From contig CM060733.1 in assembly GCA_030704615.1 (NCBI GenBank), positions 1,054,001 to 1,118,000 on the forward strand: a DNA stretch of 64,000 nt, written 5' to 3'. This document shows positions 38,426-47,816 of this stretch, one piece after another (the stretch's first letter is position 1; each line of letters opens with the position of its first letter). Both the position numbers and the translations under genes were made by a program. The notes beneath the pieces were generated by a model that was given only the letters and a program-made list of their open reading frames with translations, was not told the DNA's origin and ran no database searches. This DNA comes from Takakia lepidozioides (lineage: Eukaryota; Plantae; Bryophyta).

Positions 38426-40105
38426 ATGGGGTTCCAAGTAGGCCAAAGGGTGTTTCTGTCGCTTCCTGGATCTCCTTCAGTTGTTGCCTTAGGAGATTGC
38501 CTGAATGTTTCTGGGGATGGAACTTGCCACGGACACCACTTGTGTTCGTCCACCATTTCAGTTACCCTGATCTTTTGTGATGACGCATTCGGCTCCTGTC
38601 CTCTGCCTTATCGACACATGGATGCTGACACATTGAAGGAGGCGATTGGGACTCCAGTTGTGTGGGACGTGTCCTGTGTTCGCACGCATGAAACTGTGGA
38701 TTCATCATCCCCGAGAAACCCAAGATGTTATTCCATCACAGATTGTACTGATTATCAAGGACAAAGCACTGAAAGCAATGATATTCCGTCCAACGGTGAG
38801 ACTGGGGGGGATCTGCCTGCAGGTCTGGGGAGAGAATGTTGAAACTTGCAGTGTCTTCTTCTTGGGGAGGACGGAAATGCCCTGTTCGAAGGCCGAATTC
38901 AAGCATGCATTCCTAACGAGATCATTCTGAATGACAAACTCAGAGAGGACGATGTTGGGGTTCTGGTCACCAGAACAATCTCTGGAGAGTCCGGGTCACT
39001 GATGTCGATTGTGAAATGGCCGTTAACAAAAACAAGACTTCTTGAAAATGGCCGGATACTCTCCGTTGATTTCGAAAATTTCCTACGATCATGTAGTGAC
39101 ATGGAGAATGACGACCATGGTACAGGCGTATTGAAAGCAGCATACAGGCATTTTACTAGGAAGAAAAATCCATCCAATATGGAGGACTAAAAAAAGTGCA
39201 AGAAAAATCTTACTTTGGATGAAGTGAGGTCGGTGAGCGGCAAACCTTGTTGCAAGCTTCAGTGCTGCCAGTATTTTGATTGGAGAAAAACCTTGGCAAT
39301 TCGTACTGCATTTTGGGGTTCGTCATTCGATGAGAGGAGAGAACTTGGATTGAATGTTTCAAAACGACTTCACATTATGGATGGGTCATCGCGCAGGTCG
39401 TATGTTACGATAGAAGGTGTTGATGTTTGTGAGAAAGCATGGTGGATAATACACGGAATTGGAAGGTCAACGTACATGGAGTACAAAAAGCTCAGTAAAG
39501 AGGGCTGTTTGTCATCTTTCCACGAAAATCGTGGCGTCAAGCGGCCACGACCATGGACACTCCAGGCAGAGGGGAACATTATGTCCATTATCAATGCCAA
39601 TACTGACCTTATGCCTCACAAAACACGTTGCATTGGAGAGGGACGTCGGGATACTTTGAGAATTTTGCCACCCGAAATGAACTGGAAGAGAATTTGAGAG
39701 GAGTCCAACGAGGTGATTTTTATTCGTTGTCCCCTTTCGTTTTTCAAAATACTGTGGATGATTTTATTCTTTTTGATGCCATCATGATTTCTTGTTATTC
39801 CACTTTGTAGAACCTCCACTGCCCAGTGGACGTTGACATTGTTGGGGAGTTGGGGTGCAGACAAACAGACTGCTCGGTTTGAAAGGAGTCTCGCAACCAG
39901 CTATAAGCCGTATACAGAATCGAACATTTCCTAACGTGGAGGTTCGGAAAACAGGAAGCACCTTTGCTAAGTGCACAGAATGCGAGATGTTCAAGGACTT
40001 GATCAAGAAGTCGATTAAGAGGAGTTCCGAATAAGTCGCACATAAGCGGGCGCTTGATTTGCACTTGAGGCATCAAGAGTCATGCAGAAGGCTGTACCAT
40101 AGCTC
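38426..40105 (+). pseudogene. Transposase-like gene: N-terminal Tnp1/En-Spm-like beta domains plus a Sola/DUF7869-type Cys-rich region, truncated before the catalytic core
   Basis: VVALG..CHGHHL..PLPY..LKEAIGTPVVW; CCKLQC...VCEKAWWIIHGI; after an intron (~39713-39860) FPNVEVRKTGSTFAKCTECEMFK...HLRHQESCRRLY; in-frame stops. Confidence 0.6.
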
Positions 40106-40302
40106 CTGGTTATCATTCCTGACGTGACGTGGCGCTGACACGTCGGCCGTCACGTCATGTCGAATCCGGACGTTTATCTACGTAATTTTTTTTTTACGTT
40201 TGACTTTTACGATTTACTTCTATCCTTTGTAATGACATGGCAGTCACGGTGTAAAACAGACGTGGCCAATTATTAATATTTATTAATTCTTTTTAAAAAA
40301 TG

Positions 40303-40775
40303 AGTCCGCCTATATTGGCGGTCGCATATAATTTATTATTTTTAATAAAATCGACCGCCCATATTGGCGGTCGCTTATAATTTAATATTTTGTTAAATTA
40401 AGCGACCGCCAGTATTGGCGGTCGCCGGTAATTTATTTATTTTTAAATGAAGCGACCGCCCATATTGGCGGTCGCCCGTAATTTAAAAAAAAAAAATGAA
40501 ACGACCGCCGAAATTGGCGGTCGCCCGTAATTTATTTATTTTTAAATGAAGCGACCGCCCATATTGGCGGTCGCCCGTAATTTATTTATTTATAAATGAA
40601 GCGACCGCCCAAATTGGCAGTCGCCCATAATTTATTTATTTTTATATGAAGCGACCGCCCATATTTGCGGTCGCCCATAATTTATTTATTTATAAATGAA
40701 GCGACCGCCCATATTGGCGGTCGCCCGTAATTTATTTATTTATAAATGAAGCGACCGCCCATATTGGCGGTCGCT
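40303..40775. repeat. Tandem array of ~10 units of ~50 bp, each a GCGACCGCC-N5/6-GGCGGTCGC hairpin plus an AT-rich linker
   Basis: aagcgaccgcccatattggcggtcgcccgtaatttatttattt(a/t)taaatg repeated; same motif as 10-84, so probably the same CACTA family. Confidence 0.9.
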
Positions 40776-41244
40776 TGTATTTTATTACATTTTAAAATAA
40801 GCGGTCGCGTGTTTTTTTTCTCTCTTAGAAATCCAGGGACCCGCCGTGTGGCGTTTTGTTTTTTATGTGGTCCTTTCGGACTTCATTGCTTGGCACTGCC
40901 AACGGGAGGTGCAAAGGTGATTATTTGGGGAGGGAGGTTTTGTCGGTTTTCTATTGGTTAGTTCCACACACTTGTTCACGGTACAATCATCGTATTACCA
41001 TTTTGCCGTTTCCGGATCTCCGGCGGCCTGTTTTTTTGCAAAAAACTACGAAGACACCATCCACACGCGTTCATTGCCATTTTTCTAAGGTTTTGGACCC
41101 TGTAGTGGGCAAATGTTTATACAATGTCGGGGGTTGTGAATTCAAGTTCTGGGGCGGGATCGTCTGGGGGGGCGGAGGAAGAGAAAACATGCCCACGAGC
41201 GGGATCGTCAAGTCAACAAGCCAGACTACCCGGGACCGGATGTC

Positions 41245-41745
41245 TTGGATAGGGTGAAAGAAGTGGTAGCGGATTATTTCAAATGTAGGGACATAATGAG
41301 GCTGGAGAGTGCTTATGTTAGGCATGGATGGGAGGGGTTTCAGATTTTCCAGCAAAATATGGAGAAGAAAATGACAAACGCTTTGGCAGGGGCTAAGTGG
41401 ACGGCGAACAGGGACAAGCCGAAGTTCAATCGGTGGATCCAAAGCAGGGCGAAAGATGCTACGTGGAATTTGAGGCAGCTAATGAAGACATGGAGGGGTA
41501 GAACAACCGAGGGTCGAGTGCCCTCCGCCGAAGCCGAGTTAATGCGGCGTGTTGAGTATTGGGCTTGCTCGACAAGTCAGAATTCACATCGCCGGACTAG
41601 GGTTGTCCCTTGGAAGGTGGGGTCATCGGGTGGGGGAGGCACAACTGGTCTTTATTACCTGAACTCTAGTGCGAAGGTGGTAGAGATTGGCCCTTACAAA
41701 GAAGGAGGGTATACTAAGGTCCGTCACTGTAGGATTGAATTGTGA
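41245..41745 (+). pseudogene. Fragment of a transposon-associated ORF downstream of the hairpin array
   Basis: Protein-like 166-aa frame (FNRWIQSRAKDATWNLRQLMKTW...KVGSSGG) in the position where the element at 1-4611 starts its ORFs; no firm domain. Confidence 0.3.
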
Positions 41746-41939
41746 CCATCTAGTTTCTTAAGTCGGGTATGATCATTGATGATAGTTTGATGTTTTGCCA
41801 AGTACAAAATACCCTCAAACTTTCAAATCCAACACCAAGGACTCAAGCCTATAGGTTATGAATCAAATATCAATCTCTAGGTTATGAATAAATCATCTCC
41901 CTTTATCTACTACGTACACAAAACCTCGCTTTGATACTA

Positions 41940-42298
41940 TGTTGAAGTTCGACAAAGAACAGAGGTGAAAGATGAAATTGATTACAGAGAACTCTCCACC
42001 CAACCATAGGACCACAACAAGCTGTGTATCCACCCTCCAAGCTCTCCTTATATATATTCAAAATCTATCCATGAATAGTTGAGATAACTATAGCATAATT
42101 GCATGCTCAACTTAAGTTATCAACTTATCTCCAACTGCTATTTTGGTACTCTTACTTGAGTCACTAATAACTGTTCAGCTAACTGAGGCTTATCTCTATT
42201 GTTAAATGTGACTTGTCAGCACTGCTATTATTGCACGGTGACATGTTATCACAATAACTCTGAGTAGTAGTAACTTGGTAAGGAGTTGAATTCCAACA
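41940..42298 (-). mobile_element. Short LTR (TGTTG...CAACA) with a degenerate PBS; truncated, probably copia-type
   Basis: TGTTGAAG at 41940, TTCCAACA at 42298; adjacent gctttgatacta is the reverse complement of TAGTATCAAAGC (tRNA-Met PBS with 2 changes). Confidence 0.6.
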
Positions 42299-42311
42299 TC
42301 TATAACCTGGA

Positions 42312-42855
42312 TTAGTTACCGCAGATGAAATCAGATATGGTCTTCTCTTGCCGTCTTATAACTTCTGAGTGGACATCAGCAAACAATTTATAGTTATGAC
42401 CCCCTTTCTCTATCTCAAATAGCTTCACGTCCTTCCCGATCTTCTTGAGACCATTAACATACTGGAGCTGCGCATCATACAGTGGATCTTCTTTATTTAC
42501 GATCACCAACATGCGAGGAAAACTTATAACCTCTGCATGGTTTGGAGCATCCGGGCCAAACGGAACCTTCCAAAATGGATGGTCTCTAGATGCTCCTACG
42601 GGGACAGATAGGCGAATGACCGCATCTAAAACCTTCTTGTACCGCTCTTCAAAAGCTTGGGACGTTGTCACAAAGCCAGGAATTACAGGAATGAGTCCTT
42701 TGAGAAAGAGAGGGCTTAGATCTTTGCTAGATGCTCGCACTGCCAAATGGTGCACAATGTTGCCCCCCGCACTCTCTCCCATCAGAAAGCATTGTGAGAA
42801 ATCAGCATGTTCAATAAGCCATGGCTCACCTCCTCCTCTTCCATTCGCTTGAAAT
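42312..42855 (-). CDS. Plant carboxylesterase (CXE, alpha/beta hydrolase) C-terminal half; 5' half not found
   Basis: EPWLIEHADFSQCFLMGESAGGNIVHHLA (GxSxG), SRDHPF, EDPLYD (catalytic Asp), GGH (catalytic His); no upstream HGGG exon seen. Confidence 0.8.
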
Positions 42856-44962
42856 ATGGCCTATGATCATGAACATTTGATATATTATGGAGCCATTGAG
42901 CCAGAAGAGCAGACAAATATATTGACACTCTCGACTTTTAGCAAAGCACGAGTAATCTAACACGTATTTCATAGACAAATGCCTTACATGGCATGTACAT
43001 CAGCTCAGTAATCGTTTTGACAAAAAATGTCTAGACACATACATGTATGCATGTCCGTGAATTGCAATTCATGCACTTGAAGAATCTAGATTTGTGGGTA
43101 AAACGAATTGCAAAGGGAATGTGTAATACTTATATCAAATTTATCATGCATTCATGATTCTAGACATGGATCATCCAAATCTAGTTCCAAAATAATGGAT
43201 TCCACCGTAATCACTCGCTATTAGGCCCCATCCCCGATCATTGTTTTCTGAACAGATTAATACACTATGCTGCAAGCTTCTATAAGGCTGCCCCATTATT
43301 CCACCACTTGACATGTGTACATCAACTACCCAAAAAAGTAAACCTGATCTCACCTCTAGTGTGAGCCTACCATTGGCTCTTCCAAGGCACTCAGATTGTT
43401 TTACCATATCCTAATTAATTTTTTTCCTACCCACAATAAGGGTACTAAATTCTGGCAGGGGCTATTCCTGAAGGTCAAAAGTAGAGGATTGGAGCGGCCA
43501 ATGGGGATGGAGGGCAGGGGTGTTAGAATGGGTGATATGTGAGGCCACCAGCGGAAGAACAGAAATGAACCCCTATTGTGCAACCCCCTGAAAAGGGGCA
43601 GTAGCCGCAAGGCAAAGTGGCTCTTAGTTATGCTGGCTTCAGCCGGAGTCTTCTCTCTCTCGTGCAAGCCTAGTGCCTCGCTATCTTGGCCTTGCTGGCA
43701 AGTTTGGGGCCTGCCTCGCTGCGCTGGCACCTTGTACTTTGGTATGTGGCGAGCTTGGGGTGGAGTCGTTGCCATGGAACTGTGCACACAGTAATGTGGT
43801 TGCCGACACGTGTAGTTAGAGAAGGGATCCAAACGTATTGGCGGGCCAAGTTTGGAGTCCAGTATACGGTTTACAAGCGAAATGTAGCAAATGCAAATTT
43901 GAGCGGCCCCGCCACAAATTATTTGGCGTTATTGCACCGTTGGGGTTTAATTTAATTTGGGCCCCACCCTTTGCGGCGGGACTAGATTGGCGCTGGTCGG
44001 GTGTCTTTACTGTGTTGCAAGAGATACTCTAAGTTAGCAACTATTTTGTGGGCCTCCATGCCAACCCATTCTATCTTTTGTTGACCTTAAGTTGTATACT
44101 TCTGAACCTTTGGGATATGCTCCCTTCCTCTAAAAGCCCTGGGCCCAATGAGAATTGTAGTTTGTAAAGCGGGCTTAGCTTTACAAGAAGGATCTATTGC
44201 AGAGTACGCCAACGATCACCCAATCAAACCACTGAACACACATGGGACTTCACTTCCAAGGTCCTATATTATTTTAACACTGCAAGCGCAAAGTGCTCAC
44301 AGATTAAATAGGTAGACTAAAGCTAATCACATCAGCCAAGTGGCCTTGCCTCACTGATCCATTAGCTTGTCAACCAGGCTCTCTAATCTAGTTATTGTTG
44401 ATATGAGACAAGGGAGACCGAAAATTAGACCGTAGTGGTTAGGACCGTCGTGGTTAGGACCGTCGTGGTTAGCTTCTCCAACCACCTCCTGCTTTACATC
44501 CATGCAACCAACAGAAGAGTATCTTAGGCTAAGCCAAATCGCTCCCACCACAACCTTAAAAAATAACTCCTGCCAGAATCTGGGGTTTAGTGACCAGGAA
44601 GGAGGAGGAGCAAGAAGCCCAGGAGACAATGGAGAAAAGGAACAACGGGGAAGCAGTGAAGATGGAGGGCGGGAAGCCACTGCTAAGGGCGTAGAGAGGA
44701 TAGGATCCCACTAGAAGTAAAGACCGAAGCGTGGGGAAATGAAGAGCGCCCCGAGAAAACTCTAATTGACACCACAATGATGGGGCGCGCCGCAAGCAGG
44801 ACTGTCACAAATCACCAAACCCGAGGAGTCGTCCAATGCAAGATAGGATTGGGTTGATGAAGAGAGGAAGATGAGGGGTAACGATGAGAAGGGAAGAGAG
44901 CATAACATGACATGAACGAAGGGAGGATGTAAGACAGCAGAATAGGAAGAACGAAAGGGAGG

Positions 44963-47360
44963 TGTAGTGTGAGTGCAGGGGGTAAAAATTTCAAGTTTTT
45001 GTTTGGCCTTAGGTTTCGGCACTACTACAAAGGGAGTGCCCTTCGTGCTGATGAAGGGGAGGAATTGTCCATAACTTGAGGTAATTCCATGGAAAGACTA
45101 TGCTATTGATCTGCCAGGAACAAAATATGGCTAAGTTATGACATGCGCCTTTTTCATCCCTAGGATGAATGATTTTCATCCATGATGTTGAACCCTAGAA
45201 GCAGGATGTGAAATTCGAAGGGGAAGAGTGCGTGTATCTTTTCGCAGCTGCTGCAGTGGTGTTGGCAGCACAGGATATCTGAGAAAGTTCCACCTACGCA
45301 AAGGGTATCAGCTTGCTTTTAAGAGAAATGTTAAGAGCTCCTGCTTGGCTTTCTGTGCAAGAAGAGTGCGTGTATCTTTTCGCAGCTGCTGCAGTGGTGC
45401 TGGCAGCACATGATATCTGAGAAAGTTCCACCTACGCAAAGGGTATCAGCTTGCTTTTAAGAGAAATGTTAAGAGCTCCTGCTTGGCTTTCTGTGCAAGA
45501 AGAGTGCGTGTATCTTTTCGCAGCTGCTGCAGTGGTGCTGGCAGCACATGATATCTGAGAAAGTTCCACCTACGCAAAGGGTATCAGCTTGCTTTTAAGA
45601 GAAATGTTAAGAGCTCCTGCTTGGCTTTCTGTGCAAGAAGAATCGGTGCCGCCTTCTTCGTAAGCAATGATCAAACCAGAGGGATCAGGTTTGTGACAAG
45701 GGCGGTGCACCACTGCTGTCGCCATTGTCTTGATGAGCACATTAATGAGGAGATGGAGCGGCTCAGCAGGTGTTGGGAGATGAGAAATATAGGCTGGTGT
45801 GTATAGCGCCTCAGGTTATCTGTGATCAAATCTAGTAGCTGCTGTCTGTTTCTGAGCTTTAGGACCGGATCACTTTGTAAAAGAATCAGCTTGCCTTAAA
45901 GAGCGACGTTAAGGGATCTGGCTTGGCATTCTGTGCAAGAGGAAGCGGTGCCGCCTTCTGGTGTGTATGGCGCTTAAGCTATCTATAATTAAGTTTTGTA
46001 TCTGCTCTCTGTCTTAAAGGCTGTAGGACCAGATCACTTCATAGGGAAGGAATGCACATGTAGAAGGATAGGGTAGAGGTTGGCAGACACAAGGATGTGC
46101 CAGCAGCTGAAGCAGAGCCGTCATGCCTTAATGAGGACTGGAATCACGATAAGAAGAGACGTCGGAAATGGCTGACGAGGGAGAGGACAAGGTGCCTTCG
46201 TGACAGGCAGACCCACCGCCTCAATGAGTATAAGACAGATAAGTTTGAAGAGTGGCTCTCTCTTTTTGGTGACTTAGAAATCGCTTTGTGAAGTTTTGGA
46301 CGGTCTCTTGTATGTAGTAAGAGACACTGACATGTGAGGAAGAAAAAGAGCTTTGGAAAAGGAATGAAGACACTGGACTTCAAACCAGGATGGACTGGAG
46401 ATGGATGCACCTGCTGTTACATTGTATAGTAGGAAAAATGAATGGAAACAGGGTTGATTTGTTGCTGGGACAGAATGGTTGCTGCTGTTGTATTCTTGTT
46501 CCTTGTTTCAGCGTCGTGAGCTTGTACAAACAATCTGGCCTGGGATGTTGACACATTGCAGTCAATGTGGAACTAGCTTGGTAGGTAGAGGAAACCAGTG
46601 AGAGTTAGATAGAACTGTTTGGAAACCAACAAGAAGGGTTGAGAGCTGTCTTGGGCAAATGGCTGCACCTGGGAAAAGGGGAGTGTGAAGCATCTGTCAT
46701 TGGCAAGAGAGGGACTGATAAAAGGGTTGATTATATCTTGTGTGACCAAGGTTGATTTCAATGCTGGGTGCACTGGATGCTTGGCTGAATGCGCATTACA
46801 TTGCATCATAGACATGCTACAGTGGAAAGAGTGAGGAACATAAGGGAGAGAGCTGACCAGCAAGAGGGGATGGAGAGGAATGGATGATTGGGGCGGTAAG
46901 ATAAAGAAAGCATGAACCCATGAAGGGCCAAACTGGTGGGCCTGCAACTCATGGCAGATCTGAGTTGCCTCCTTCCAAATCGTGATCTTATTACAAAGGG
47001 GATTCCACTTGTTGCTGACCAAGGGAGCTGCCCACAAGGGCAGTGGTCATCACTGACGTAGGGCTGGTTGCATCACTGAAGACAGCATGGTAACATGGCT
47101 GGTGCAGTGTACCAGGGAGAGGATGTCGTGTAGAAGTAGAATCACGGGTGAAAACAATACAGACTCCCCATCCATGTCTTCTCTTCCGCTGCGGCGTGGA
47201 TGAGGATTGTGTGAACTCTGATCATGAAGGACCTGAGGGAAACCCACACCGAGTGATGCTGGTTGGATCACCTGAGAGGAGAGCTCCTTTCCTTCCTTAC
47301 AATCAACCTGGGGAGGAACACAACTAGACTTGCACAGAAGGGGATTCACGCCCTTTCTTT
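44963..47360 (+). repeat. 5' LTR (lacks a terminal CA; abuts the PBS directly)
   Basis: Matches 53957-56322 except for a few substitutions and a 32-bp indel near 46620-46655. Confidence 0.95.
45223..45636 (+). repeat. 3 x 138-bp tandem repeat inside the LTR (also at 54217-54630)
   Basis: gaagagtgcgtgtatcttttcgcagc... starts at 45223, 45361 and 45499. Confidence 0.95.
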
Positions 47361-47372
47361 TGGTATCAGAGC
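47361..47372 (+). promoter_or_regulatory. Primer-binding site, tRNA-iMet
   Basis: TGGTATCAGAGC. Confidence 0.95.
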
Positions 47373-47816
47373 TTTAGGATGTTAAATCTTGATTTCTACT
47401 AGCTAGGGATCTTGACTGGTATTGGATGGTTTGATGGCAGGAAGAGACCACACACTGATTCCTGATGAACCAAGCATTGGAGATGTGCTGATTTGCTTCA
47501 GCAGACGCACACCAAATGCACACGCAGACCCTTGTTTGTACTTCTTCAACCCTGCTTGGAGAATAGCGAATGGTGATTTATGTCTTAGAGTGATACATAC
47601 TGGTGGAAGAACAACCATAGCACTTTGGATAAGAGAGTTAGGAAGGTGGGTGAAGATAAATACCATGGCACGAGAGGTGACATGGGGAGGTAGAGTAGAG
47701 ATGTTGCGAAATGGACAGTGGGAGTGGTATAGAGGTCAACATTAAGGAAGTTGCGGGAAAATTAGAGTCAGAATTAGGTGTTGAAACAGTTTGAACTTTG
47801 ATTAGAGAATAGAAGG

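Larger units (their letters stand above)
29230..39834. repeat. Ten dispersed 24-bp palindromes, consensus AACCTCCACTG-NN-CAGTGGAGGTT
   Basis: Copies start at 29230, 30387, 31449, 32100, 34948, 36083, 37032, 37234, 38393 and 39811; a half-site CAGTGGAGGT lies at 27296. Confidence 0.95.
27296..40105. mobile_element. Large decayed multi-gene DNA-transposon-like region (Sola/DUF7869-like transposase plus cargo genes plus dispersed palindromes)
   Basis: Divergent spliced genes that all carry scattered stops; one palindrome family is confined to this interval; the transposase-like gene is cut off at ~40105. True termini were not identified. Confidence 0.55.

Noticed and set aside
29230-39834. Palindromes as CRISPR repeats, terminators or MITEs
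   Set aside because: They are spaced hundreds to thousands of bp apart, have no U-tract, and share no flanks or TSDs.
27296-40105. Bacterial contamination, prophage or plasmid partition locus
   Set aside because: The genes have GT-AG introns and eukaryote-type domains; no ParA or operon structure was seen.
40303-40775. CRISPR array
   Set aside because: The linkers are near-identical AT tracts rather than unique spacers, there are no cas genes, and the context is eukaryotic.
42312-42855. GID1 gibberellin receptor
   Set aside because: The catalytic His is retained and no GID1-specific N-terminus is visible; only a generic CXE can be supported.
45228-47349. ORFs within the LTRs (duplicated at 54222-56497)
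   Set aside because: They are short, derive from LTR repeats and show no protein motifs.
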